Of a stretch of DNA of 64,000 nt, positions 48,443 through 57,736 are shown piece after piece (the stretch's first letter is position 1; every line of letters starts with the position of its first letter). Source of the DNA: Verrucomicrobia bacterium UBA3624 (GTDB lineage: Bacteria > Verrucomicrobiota > Kiritimatiellia > RFP12 > UBA1067); NCBI GenBank assembly GCA_002373695.1, contig DFLH01000050.1:1-64000 (forward strand). The letters are read 5' to 3'. The position numbers and the translations under genes are program-made. The notes beneath the pieces were generated by a model, which searched no databases, was not told the origin of the DNA, and was given only the letters and a program-made list of their open reading frames with translations.

Positions 48443-48930
48443 TGTTTTTTCCTCCAAAGGCGGATGACGTTGAGCTCGTCGCGTTTCGCCCGGTAGCGGC
48501 TGCCGCCCCACCGGACGGTCGACCGGATTGCGTAGATGCCGCCGTTCCACTGCAGTATCTCGTTGTCGGTGTCGTCTACCGTCCTCTCGAAAGTGTAGTC
48601 GCCGAGCTGTTCCCGCTCGGTACGGGGCAGATCCATGTCCAGTTCGCGGAGAAGATCCTCGGCCGAAGTCTCCTTGACGTTCAGCAGATCGTCGTTGAGC
48701 ACGTCCTCACCGCTTGTCGCCACCTGCGTCGGATCTGGAATGGGATATGCCATCTCGCCGAGCTGGAGCACGAGCTGGGCGGATTCGAACTTCTTGGAAG
48801 CAAGCATCATCCGCTGGCATTGCATCATGCAGGAGAGGATGGCCACGCACCCTACCGCCAGCATTACGGCGGCGATCAGCACCTCCATAAGGGTAAAACC
48901 CCTGCGGGAAGAACGAACATCCGCCGCCAC
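48439..48930 (-). CDS. gspI: Minor pseudopilin GspI-like (prepilin-type N-terminal domain)
   Basis: GAGGAGGA RBS, then GTG at 48930 reading (M)AADVRSSRRGFTLMEVLIAAVMLAV. TAGTG overlap with the gspH stop. Confidence 0.6.
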   Translation of the reverse strand: MAADVRSSRRGFTLMEVLIAAVMLAVGCVAILSCMMQCQRMMLASKKFESAQLVLQLGEMAYPIPDPTQVATSGEDVLNDDLLNVKETSAEDLLRELDMDLPRTEREQLGDYTFERTVDDTDNEILQWNGGIYAIRSTVRWGGSRYRAKRDELNVIRLWRKKQ

Positions 48931-49703
48931 TAGTCGTCCTCCTCTTCCGGGTTCTTGATCGTGCCGAACCGGTCCACCTCGAGCACTATGGCGCGGCTCT
49001 CGTCCTGGCCGTCCTTCCACACGAGTATTCGATGCGGCTCGCAACGTCCGTTGGTCTCGAACACGATGGAAGCCGGTTCCCGCAGCTCCTGTTCCGGTCC
49101 GTCGTCTTCGTCGCGGGAAGACAGGCCTGACGACGGCGACACCTTGCGCTCGTCATCAGCACCTCCCTTGTTGCGCCCCAGAAGATAATCGACATTGCTG
49201 AATACGGATATGCTTTTTTTCCTGCCGTTCAGCGATTGTCCGTCCTCTCCCAGCAGCTCGACTTTCAGGTGGACGTCGGGGAACTCGTAGGCTTTCGCCT
49301 CCAAACCCTCCTGTACGGCGCTCTCCGCCGTTTCGTCTTCAGGCTCCTCGAGCATGGGCGGCTCGGCCTCTGGATCGAAGATGGAACGCGCGGCATCGGT
49401 CGACATGCCGCCGGTCTCTTGCGTTGACGCCGCCTCGCTGGCCTTCACCTCGACCTTGCTTTTGACGAACGAGTCCCCCTCCCACACCTCGGAGTATGTC
49501 ACAACCACTGCATGCTGCCGCAGCAAGGCCATCGTCCGCGCATAGCCGGAGAGATGCCACACGCTGCGCACTGCATTCTTCATGCGTACGGCGGTCGTCC
49601 CCGATCCTACGCTCAAGGCTGCTGTGGAAAGCATTATGGCGATAATCGCCACTACCACCAGCAGTTCTACGAGCGTGAAACCCTTTATGCCTTTCCGTGC
49701 CAT
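48930..49703 (-). CDS. gspH: Minor pseudopilin GspH-like (prepilin-type N-terminal domain)
   Basis: MARKGIKGFTLVELLVVVAIIAIM. Its start (ATG 49703 or GTG 49709) directly abuts the hisB stop (TAG at 49710-49712). Confidence 0.65.
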   Translation of the reverse strand: MARKGIKGFTLVELLVVVAIIAIMLSTAALSVGSGTTAVRMKNAVRSVWHLSGYARTMALLRQHAVVVTYSEVWEGDSFVKSKVEVKASEAASTQETGGMSTDAARSIFDPEAEPPMLEEPEDETAESAVQEGLEAKAYEFPDVHLKVELLGEDGQSLNGRKKSISVFSNVDYLLGRNKGGADDERKVSPSSGLSSRDEDDGPEQELREPASIVFETNGRCEPHRILVWKDGQDESRAIVLEVDRFGTIKNPEEEDD

Positions 49704-49709
49704 GCGCAC

Positions 49710-50294
49710 CTACAGAACGCCCTTGGAGGACGGCACGCCAGTCTCTCGCGGATCGGCGGAGACCGCCTGGCGCAAGGCGCGAGCGAAGCTCTTGAAGATT
49801 CCCTCGCAGACATGGTGCGTCTCGTCGCCGTATATCTCGCGAAGATGGATGTTGAGCCTGCCCTCGACGCTCACGGCCCTGAAGAACTCCTCCAGCAGCT
49901 TCACCTCGAAATCGCGCACCATCAGATGCTTCTTCGCGCTTGCGAACACGAGATACGGGCGTCCGCCCAGATCGACAGACGTTTCGCAAAGCGCCTCGTC
50001 CATCGGCACGGACGCGAACCCGTAGCGGACGATGCCGCGCCTGTCGCCGAGAGCCTTGTCTATCGCCTGCCCCAGCACCAGCCCCACATCCTCCACGGTA
50101 TGGTGGTAGTCCACGTCCAGATCGCCCGTCGCCTTGACGGTCAGATCGACCAGGGCGTGCTTCTTGAACAGCTCCAGCATGTGGTTGAAGAATCCGATCC
50201 CCGTATCAATCACGCCCTCGCCAGAACCATCGAGGTTCAACTCCATGCGTATCTGGGTTTCCTTGGTGTTCCGTACAATATCTGCCGTGCGCAT
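49710..50294 (-). CDS. hisB: Imidazoleglycerol-phosphate dehydratase (monofunctional)
   Basis: MRTADIVRNTKETQIRM...GIGFFNHMLELF...DYHHTVEDVG; the IGPD Mn-binding histidines. Confidence 0.9.
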   Translation of the reverse strand: MRTADIVRNTKETQIRMELNLDGSGEGVIDTGIGFFNHMLELFKKHALVDLTVKATGDLDVDYHHTVEDVGLVLGQAIDKALGDRRGIVRYGFASVPMDEALCETSVDLGGRPYLVFASAKKHLMVRDFEVKLLEEFFRAVSVEGRLNIHLREIYGDETHHVCEGIFKSFARALRQAVSADPRETGVPSSKGVL

Positions 50295-50362
50295 CGCTCT
50301 TTCTCCTGTGAAAGCGCGATTATACCAAAACCACATTCCGGCGGCAAAACGAATATGGCCGG

Positions 50363-51766
50363 CTACACCACGAAATCTTTCCCGGTGACGATTGCGCGGC
50401 CCTTGCGGCCATAGCACTCGACAGGGCGAACGGCGAACCTCAGCGGCCGCCCCGCCGGCAATTCGGCCGCAGAGAACACGCACGCCCCCTCCGCCACCTC
50501 CCGCGATGGCGGAAGATGGAAACTTTCGGAGAAGACGCGTTTCGTCGCCACCGTGTAATCCACGTCTTCGTGGTAGGCGACAGCCCGGACCTCGTAGTCG
50601 AAAACGCGAGACGTCGCGGACGCCTTCGCAGCCGGGAAGCGCACCGTCACCTGATCCGTCGGCGTCCCCTTCCTGTCCTTTCCAATGCCACGCTCAACGG
50701 TCACCTTCGCGCCATCCGCGAACTCCGGCGCCACCATCCCGGCGCTACGCGTGGAGAACGCAAACGGTTTCGTGCCGTCCAAAGGCACAACCCAGTCCGG
50801 CCCGACTTTTTCTCCGCCGACGAACTCGCGCCGTTCGATGACGAGCGTGTCGCCGCAAACGGACACAAGCATGCCCTGCTTCGCCCAGTGCTGCTTCAGG
50901 CAAGGCATCTGCTTCAAAGGTTCGTGCTTCTCCGAATCGCCGTTCTCGCGCCAGTACTGGGCAAATATGTACGATAGCGACGACGTGCCTATGGACGTGA
51001 ACGCGCCCTGCCATACGCTTCGTTCGTCTGTAAGCGAATAGTGCGAATGGCCGGAGAACGCCACCGCGTTCGGATAGCGTTCCAGGGCCTTCGTGGACGC
51101 CCCCCTGTCGTTGCCCCAGGCCCACGGCCCGTAGACGGTGTTGCCGGGATGCCGGTGCTGGGCGAAGAAGAAGGGCTTGCCGCCTTTCAATCCCAACTTC
51201 TCTTCGTTCTTCCCGAGGAACGCGTCCAGCTCCGCCTCGTGGCGCCAATGCGCACCAATGAACACGTAGTCCTTGATTTTCTTCGCATATACCGGCGCCC
51301 ACGGTTCCCTGAAACACTTCTCCCACGCGGCCGCAGGGTCCGTGGCGTTCCGGTGTGCGGCCCTGATGCGCTCGTCCGGATACTTCGCCTCGAGCGTCTG
51401 CGGCGTATCGCCGTAATTGTGGCCTTCCACATCGTGATTCCCGTATACGAACAGTTTCTCCACCGTACGTCCGTCAGGAGCTTTGCTGCCGGGAAATATC
51501 TTGAACCAGGCGTTGCCGACCAGTTCCAGCTGGTCCAGAAGTCCGCGGTCCGCCATGTCGCCAGCGATGATGACGCCGTCCACGCCGGAATCGCGGAAAT
51601 ACGTCAGCGCCTTCTCGAACACGGGCACCTGCTTTTCGTCGAAGATGTGGATGTCGCTCAAGACTCCTAGTTTGAGATCCGGCGCAGCCACTGCGGATCC
51701 TCCAAACGCCTTCGCACCAGCCGCAGCCGCACACGCCATGAAACTCCGTCGCGACACATTGAACAT
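50363..51766 (-). CDS. Tat-secreted calcineurin-like metallophosphoesterase with C-terminal beta-sandwich domain
   Basis: MFNVSRRSFMACAAAAGA is a Tat signal. The motifs are LSDIHIFDEK, AGDMADRG, YGNHD and GHSHYS. Confidence 0.7.
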   Translation of the reverse strand: MFNVSRRSFMACAAAAGAKAFGGSAVAAPDLKLGVLSDIHIFDEKQVPVFEKALTYFRDSGVDGVIIAGDMADRGLLDQLELVGNAWFKIFPGSKAPDGRTVEKLFVYGNHDVEGHNYGDTPQTLEAKYPDERIRAAHRNATDPAAAWEKCFREPWAPVYAKKIKDYVFIGAHWRHEAELDAFLGKNEEKLGLKGGKPFFFAQHRHPGNTVYGPWAWGNDRGASTKALERYPNAVAFSGHSHYSLTDERSVWQGAFTSIGTSSLSYIFAQYWRENGDSEKHEPLKQMPCLKQHWAKQGMLVSVCGDTLVIERREFVGGEKVGPDWVVPLDGTKPFAFSTRSAGMVAPEFADGAKVTVERGIGKDRKGTPTDQVTVRFPAAKASATSRVFDYEVRAVAYHEDVDYTVATKRVFSESFHLPPSREVAEGACVFSAAELPAGRPLRFAVRPVECYGRKGRAIVTGKDFVV

Positions 51767-51820
51767 GATACAACTTTTCCTTTCCATTCTTTGACTCGCC
51801 TGCGACAGGACGTCGTCCGC

Positions 51821-54319
51821 CTATCTGTCTATGACCGACAGGGAAACCGGACCTGACAAGCCGCTCGGCAGCAACTTCCACCCGGAAGCGTCCAGCCGCT
51901 TGTAGTTCTGGGCAAATACGGTATCAGTTGCGACATCCTTCCACTGCACGCCGCGCCGGTCCATGTCGCGTATCCGGTTCGCACCGAGATTCGTCACTTC
52001 GATCGACAGCCGGTTTCCTGATTTCCGCAACACCCCGCCAGGCACGTTCCACCGGAACGGCGGCATGACGCGAACTCCAAGATCGCGTCCGTTCAGGCGG
52101 ACTCTCGCGCTTTCATGCACTTCGCCGGCATCCAGGACCCCGCCACGGCTGCCGGACATGCCGCCTTGAAGATCGAAGACGGTTTCGTACCGCACCGTCC
52201 CGCAAAACGGGTTTTCGCTGCCGTCAGGGTTGTCCGACCACGACACCGGACAGTCCATCGTGCGGCGTGGCATCGCCGGGCCGCCGCAAACAGGCGTCAA
52301 CGTCCACCGCCCGGCGACTGGCATGGTGCGCACCATGCCGTCCGCCACACGAGGCGCCGCAACGCCAGAGGGCTCTTCCGACAGGAAAACCGACTCGCCG
52401 GACTCCAATGCGATCCTCACGCGTCCGCCATCGCACGGCAGATCGAAGACGTCGCCGCTCCATGGCCACATCGCCGCCAGCTTGCCATGTTTCACCGGCA
52501 ACTCCAGCGCGCCCTCAAAACGCCGCCCCCGGTTGACCACGAACCAGACCTTCCGGCCCTTTCCGTCGCACAGCCGCAGGCCCGACAATCCACCGGCCCT
52601 CACCCAAGGAAGACGCCGCACCTCAAGCCCGTCCATGAGCCGTTCACGGCTTCCGACGGCGAAACGCCCCGTTGCAAGGGCTTCTGACAGAGCGGCACGG
52701 CGCGCCTGCACATCGGGCAGTCCCGGCACATCGTCCGGCAGCTTCCCCTCAAAGCACACCTTCCCCCCGGCGTGTGAAAATGCGGCCAGCCGTTTCGCCA
52801 CTTCCGGCGGCATGGCCCGGCACTGCGGCACGAAAACCGCCTTGTAGCGCCCCGAAGCCAACGCACGTTCCAAAAGCGCGTCCGAGACATAGTCGAAGCA
52901 GCAACCGTTCCGCCAGAGAAAATCCGCGGCAGGACCGATAGTGCCGCCGGAGAACCAGAGCTTCGCGTTGCCTACAGACATCTCGGCCTCGAACGCAAGT
53001 CCGTCGGCGCGCTGCCACCAGTCGTGCAGAGGCCAGTAGACGAGAAGGTCGTTGTCCGTCCGGCACGTCTGCAAGATGGACTGGCATCGCGTGACGTATG
53101 CGTTGAGCGCCGGCACGTCACGCCAGATCGGATTGCGGGGATTCATTTCCGTGGCGGCGTAGAACGTGCGTCCAGGCCATGGCTCGTCCGGCGGAGAATA
53201 GCAGAACCCATGGTAGAACACGTGGTTGACGCCCGAAAGGAAAAGCGTGTCGCACAATCGCTTGAGGTCGCAGAGCCGCACGTTGAAGTGATTGCCCAGC
53301 CATGTGCCGGTCTCGCTCGAAACGAGCTTCCGCCCGGCGATATGGGCTGCGGACGAAGCGAATTTCGTCACCGCCTCCTTGCCACGCCAACCTCCGCAAA
53401 TCTCCGTCTCAGGAGAATCTGCCAGCGCGTAGAGCGCCAGCCAGTCGGCCGGCGAGCCATGCGCCTGGTATCTGGTACGCATGCCGCGCGCGCGGCACCA
53501 TTCCGTCCATGTCCCGAACGTCTCCACCATCTGTTCCGACAGCGTCTGGCGATAGTCGTGCTTCACGCGTGCGATTTCGTCCGCGTCGCCCTGCCCTGCA
53601 AGCGCGGCGAAATGTTCTTCGAGCGCATACCCCCTCCGGCGCCGGAAATCATCCGCCAGACGCGGCGACCATGCCGCTTCGTGGTAGTCGTAGGAATCGT
53701 GGTAGAACGCGCGCGGCCGCAGTTCCTTGCGCGCGTCGAACACGGACGCCAACGCCTTCAGATGCAGTTTCATCGACTCCGGGACGAAAGGGTTTATCAT
53801 GAGCCCGGCATCTTCATGCGAGGCTCGTTTGAGGCGCCGGCGCGATGGAGCCGCCACTAGCCGCAACGGAGTCCCGCTGGCATCCGTCCCCTGCCAGAGA
53901 TTCGTGTGCCCCGCGCGAACCCCGTCGCCAGCGCCCTGCACTTTCAAAGTCCAGAATCCGTCCTCCGCCGAAATCTCCGGCCCGCCGAATGTAAAGCCCG
54001 GACCGCCGCTCAAATCGACGCCAAGCCCCTTCTCGTGCGCAAGGCGCACGGCAGACGCAAATCGATCCGCCCATTCGTCCGAGAGAAACCTTACGTTCTT
54101 GGTCTTGTCCGCAAGCCCGTATATCGGGATGACGTGGAAGCCGCCGAAGCCCGCCTTCTTGAGCGTTTCCGTCTGCTCGCGCAGTCCAGCCTCCGTCACG
54201 GCAGATCCCATCCACCAGTTGTATATCCACGGCCGCATTTCAGCGGAAGGCTCGGGCCATGCGCCATGGCAGACCTTACCTGCCAAGGCGATGCAAAACG
54301 CCAGCAGACGCAATTTCAT
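51821..54319 (-). CDS. Secreted glycoside hydrolase, GH106-like (alpha-L-rhamnosidase family) by N-terminal signature
   Basis: MMKLRLLAFCIALAG is a signal peptide. RPWIYNWWMGSAVTEAGLREQTETLKKAGFGGFHVIPIYG resembles the GH106 N-terminus. 833 aa. ATG at 54319 (a GTG lies at 54322). Confidence 0.45.
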   Translation of the reverse strand: MKLRLLAFCIALAGKVCHGAWPEPSAEMRPWIYNWWMGSAVTEAGLREQTETLKKAGFGGFHVIPIYGLADKTKNVRFLSDEWADRFASAVRLAHEKGLGVDLSGGPGFTFGGPEISAEDGFWTLKVQGAGDGVRAGHTNLWQGTDASGTPLRLVAAPSRRRLKRASHEDAGLMINPFVPESMKLHLKALASVFDARKELRPRAFYHDSYDYHEAAWSPRLADDFRRRRGYALEEHFAALAGQGDADEIARVKHDYRQTLSEQMVETFGTWTEWCRARGMRTRYQAHGSPADWLALYALADSPETEICGGWRGKEAVTKFASSAAHIAGRKLVSSETGTWLGNHFNVRLCDLKRLCDTLFLSGVNHVFYHGFCYSPPDEPWPGRTFYAATEMNPRNPIWRDVPALNAYVTRCQSILQTCRTDNDLLVYWPLHDWWQRADGLAFEAEMSVGNAKLWFSGGTIGPAADFLWRNGCCFDYVSDALLERALASGRYKAVFVPQCRAMPPEVAKRLAAFSHAGGKVCFEGKLPDDVPGLPDVQARRAALSEALATGRFAVGSRERLMDGLEVRRLPWVRAGGLSGLRLCDGKGRKVWFVVNRGRRFEGALELPVKHGKLAAMWPWSGDVFDLPCDGGRVRIALESGESVFLSEEPSGVAAPRVADGMVRTMPVAGRWTLTPVCGGPAMPRRTMDCPVSWSDNPDGSENPFCGTVRYETVFDLQGGMSGSRGGVLDAGEVHESARVRLNGRDLGVRVMPPFRWNVPGGVLRKSGNRLSIEVTNLGANRIRDMDRRGVQWKDVATDTVFAQNYKRLDASGWKLLPSGLSGPVSLSVIDR

Positions 54320-54325
54320 CACATG

Positions 54326-57300
54326 CTACCTTATTATGATCGCAGCCCCGTATCTTTTCACCAGAAGCGCCCCGGGGCCGGACACGAATGCAGGACACGT
54401 CTCCTCGGACACGACCCCTCCGACAAACCGTCCGGCGAACCGCACGGAATCGACGGCATTCGTCCCTCCGAAATCAAGGCGCAGACGCGCCCCTTCCGCC
54501 ACCGAGATCGCCAGATCTTCCGGAAGGTCAGGCGTCTCTTCAATCTCGTCCTCGTCGATCTTGCGGAGCGAGACGCGATCTACGCACACCTCGGAATCGT
54601 AGCTGGGTGTCGCCTTCGGCACGGCCGCATTGTCGACCACGCCCTGGATGCCGACCGTATAGCTTCCCGCGTCCGGGACGCGGAACGTGAACGCGTATTC
54701 CACGAAATTGCTGCAGCAGGACAGCGTCAGCCGATCCGCCGGCTCCGTGTAGCCGATGATGTTCGTGACGCCGGATTCCGGCGTCCACCAGGCGCGGACT
54801 GGATTGAACCCGCGAGAATTCCAGCCGTGCAGCGAATCCCAGCGCATGTGCGCGCAGAACGACATGCGGTAGAGTCCGGCGGCCGGAAACGCCACCGTCT
54901 GGCTCGCTGATTCGTCGAACACGATGCGCAGGCACTTCTCCCCATCGCACGCCTCCGCGCCGTACCGGGTCGGATTCTGGGCGTACGGAAGAATCTCGTA
55001 GCCCCCGCGCACGTTCTTCGCGAACGTCCATCCTGCCTCGCCGTTCTCGAAGCTCCCGTTGACGATCAGCTCGTCGCCGGCAACGCGCTCGAAACGGAGA
55101 TTGTCGACCGTCACGTAGGCGGCTTGCGTCTGTGCAAGGGCAAGCGACACCTGTACTGCCGTCGCATTCGTGACAGTCACGGGCCAGCGGAACGTCGTGC
55201 GTTTCCTGTTGACGATGTCGATGGCCCCAATATCCTTTTCAACGCCATCGATGGTGGCCGTAACCGCGATCAGGCCATCGCCGTACGCATCCGTCGTGAT
55301 GCCGAACTTGGCCGCATCCGCAGCCAGCCGCCACGTTCCGGCCGGCAAGGCGAACGTATTGCAGCGTGCGATGCCGCCTGCGCGTAAGAACGCCAGATTC
55401 GCGTCTCCATGCACGTTACCAGCCTGATCGAAATAGGAAATGGTCGTGGTTGACATGTCCGGCATCGCAAGGCCCACATATGCATCTTTAGTATCGTCCG
55501 CACCGTCCGGCTGCGTGAACGTCCACCCTCTCGCCGCGTTCGACGCCCGGAAATACTGCGGGGCGGCGAGCGGCGCTTCCAGAATCTCGAACGCGCCGTT
55601 TGGCACCGGGAACACGCTGTCGCCGTCACCGGGACTGACAAAAGCGAGCCGCATGTCGTCTATCAGGGCCAGCCGGTCGTCACTAAGGTTGCGGCTCTTG
55701 AACCACAACCTGTAGCTGCCGGCCTTGAGTTCGGGAAGCTGATACGAATGCTTCACCCACGGGCCATACGACGACACGACGGTGGCAAAGGTCTCCAGCG
55801 TATCGTCCGTCGCGCCGATAGCCAGATCCAGATGCTGCCGGCCACCGTATGTGCCGCCACGCCCGGACGTCCAGAAGCTCAGCGCGTACACGCCGTCGGA
55901 CTGTAGCGTAACCGTCGTGCCGACCGACACGTCGTGCTTCACGGCCATTACGCAGCATCCTTCCGGGATGTCGTTAGTGTAGAGCGTTCCATTGAACCTT
56001 GCCGCCGTAGTCCCGTCGGTCACGTTGTAGAAGAAAGCCTCGTTGCGGTAGTTGGACGACGGAGCCGTGGCAGTCCATCCGTTGACGGTCTTGCCAAGGA
56101 AAGCGATCGTGTCTCCCTGCGTCCAATCGCCCTCCTCGAAACTGCCGTTCGGAATGATGCCGTCCTCCCCTGTCACAGCGCTGCTCTTGAGGCCGGGGAC
56201 GAGCCTAACCTCTCCCGCCTGTATGTTGAAGTTCGTTGTCGAAGACGGCAGCTCGCGGATCGTGAGCGAACCTGTACCCGTCTTGGATACGGTACCGGCG
56301 TCGCCACCTGCCGTACGGACGAGCGTATCGCCAGTTCTGCCACGGGCGGAATCGATCATGTCGCCGGCATGTATCTCCACTGCCCGCGCAAGCCGCAGGT
56401 TGACGGACTGTCCATCGGCCAGCGAGACGCCTACAGACTCGCCGACAGCCGCCTGAACGGGGATCTCGCCGCCCGTCCCCTCCACCGGAGAGATGGTACC
56501 GGTTCCCGCCACCGAGAACCCGTCCTGCATCAGCGTTGCGGAAGCGACCTCGAAACGGCCTTGCGGCGCCACCGTAACCGTCGCGTCGGCGGCAGGAGCG
56601 GAGATCCCCCACTTGTCCATCAGGTATGCCTCAACCTGTACCCGCTCGGCTTCCGTCAGGGCGTTCGTGAAAACCAGCACTTCGTGGAGATAGTCGCCGC
56701 CCGTACGGTCGCCTCCGCTTTTCGTGTAGTCGCAATAGTTCCGGTCGTTGAAGAAGTTGTTGGCGGAACCAGTCACCCGCATCATGTCCAGTTCCAGGAG
56801 ATGCCGCCCCGTAGGCACTGTATCGCGATAGGCGTCTGCCGTCTTGCCGTCCACAAAGTTGCGCGCTGACGCGGCCTGGCGTCCGTCGCTGCCGGAATTG
56901 CGCCAGTAGGTGGGGCTGAGAGCGGACGACTGAAACCCGATGTGGAAATGGTTGTTGACCGTATCGCCGAAGATGAAACCGTATGTCTTGTCAACGCCAT
57001 GTACGGCGAACAGGTGCCGGATGCCGGAAAACCGGCGCGCAGTTCCGTCCGGATCGCACCACTTCATGGAAGCGCCGTTTCCGTTCGCCGAACGGCTTGC
57101 GGCACCGTATCCGCCGAAATAGAGCGCGTCCTTGCCGCCGTATGTCGCGGACGTCGGCTTGGATTTCGACACCGTCTCGTCATACACGGCGCGCGGATAG
57201 GCATCCCTGCCGGTGTCGCGCACGTCGTACCACACGTCCACGTCATCGCCAGTCCCGTCCTTCGGAGATAACGACGCGTCTACCCAGAAGGCAGCCTTCC

Positions 57301-57619
57301 GGCATATCGCCGTCGCGTCCGGCAGAGCGACTGTCGCCGGTTCCGCGTCCAATGCCAACGTTCCCGCTCCGGCAAACAGATTTCCCGGCAGACCGAAGAA
57401 GAAGCATGACACTGGAACGTTCCACGTCCCGGTTCCGCTCTTCACAAGTCCAGTCGCCTCTGGCGAAACGAGGACGGCGCCATCTTGCGCCACAACATCC
57501 GCAGCCACATCGACATGCGCAACCTCCCCAAATCCTCCGAGGATGTCTGCGGCAAAGACACGAATGCAACACGACACCGCCAATGCAGCAACGGGAAACT
57601 GCGACTTCTGCAATATCAT
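54326..57619 (-). CDS. Giant secreted multi-repeat carbohydrate-binding (CBM/DUF642-like modules) surface protein
   Basis: ATG at 57619 (MILQKSQFPVAALAVS signal). It has at least three internal repeats starting I/VxNGSFE..GxWT (IPNGSFEEGDWTQG, VPNGAFEILEAP, IVNGSFENGEAGWTF). An AAGGAA RBS precedes it. Confidence 0.55.
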   Translation of the reverse strand: MILQKSQFPVAALAVSCCIRVFAADILGGFGEVAHVDVAADVVAQDGAVLVSPEATGLVKSGTGTWNVPVSCFFFGLPGNLFAGAGTLALDAEPATVALPDATAICRKAAFWVDASLSPKDGTGDDVDVWYDVRDTGRDAYPRAVYDETVSKSKPTSATYGGKDALYFGGYGAASRSANGNGASMKWCDPDGTARRFSGIRHLFAVHGVDKTYGFIFGDTVNNHFHIGFQSSALSPTYWRNSGSDGRQAASARNFVDGKTADAYRDTVPTGRHLLELDMMRVTGSANNFFNDRNYCDYTKSGGDRTGGDYLHEVLVFTNALTEAERVQVEAYLMDKWGISAPAADATVTVAPQGRFEVASATLMQDGFSVAGTGTISPVEGTGGEIPVQAAVGESVGVSLADGQSVNLRLARAVEIHAGDMIDSARGRTGDTLVRTAGGDAGTVSKTGTGSLTIRELPSSTTNFNIQAGEVRLVPGLKSSAVTGEDGIIPNGSFEEGDWTQGDTIAFLGKTVNGWTATAPSSNYRNEAFFYNVTDGTTAARFNGTLYTNDIPEGCCVMAVKHDVSVGTTVTLQSDGVYALSFWTSGRGGTYGGRQHLDLAIGATDDTLETFATVVSSYGPWVKHSYQLPELKAGSYRLWFKSRNLSDDRLALIDDMRLAFVSPGDGDSVFPVPNGAFEILEAPLAAPQYFRASNAARGWTFTQPDGADDTKDAYVGLAMPDMSTTTISYFDQAGNVHGDANLAFLRAGGIARCNTFALPAGTWRLAADAAKFGITTDAYGDGLIAVTATIDGVEKDIGAIDIVNRKRTTFRWPVTVTNATAVQVSLALAQTQAAYVTVDNLRFERVAGDELIVNGSFENGEAGWTFAKNVRGGYEILPYAQNPTRYGAEACDGEKCLRIVFDESASQTVAFPAAGLYRMSFCAHMRWDSLHGWNSRGFNPVRAWWTPESGVTNIIGYTEPADRLTLSCCSNFVEYAFTFRVPDAGSYTVGIQGVVDNAAVPKATPSYDSEVCVDRVSLRKIDEDEIEETPDLPEDLAISVAEGARLRLDFGGTNAVDSVRFAGRFVGGVVSEETCPAFVSGPGALLVKRYGAAIIIR

Positions 57620-57669
57620 TTGAACATTCCTTCCAATGCAAAATGTAAGAACGCCCATATCCTACCATA

Positions 57670-57678
57670 CCCCCCCCC
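57670..57678 (-). repeat. Homopolymeric G9 (C9 on the plus strand) in the promoter region 51-59 nt upstream of the 57619 start codon
   Basis: Minus-strand context CTTGACGCGATA-G9-TATGGTAGGATATGG: a TTGACG -35-like hexamer immediately 5-prime, TATGGT/TAGGAT -10-like hexamers immediately 3-prime. Confidence 0.75.
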
Positions 57679-57736
57679 TATCGCGTCAAGTGGAAGTTAT
57701 AGGCACCTGCGCAAGTCGCGGAGAGCGGAGAACCGG

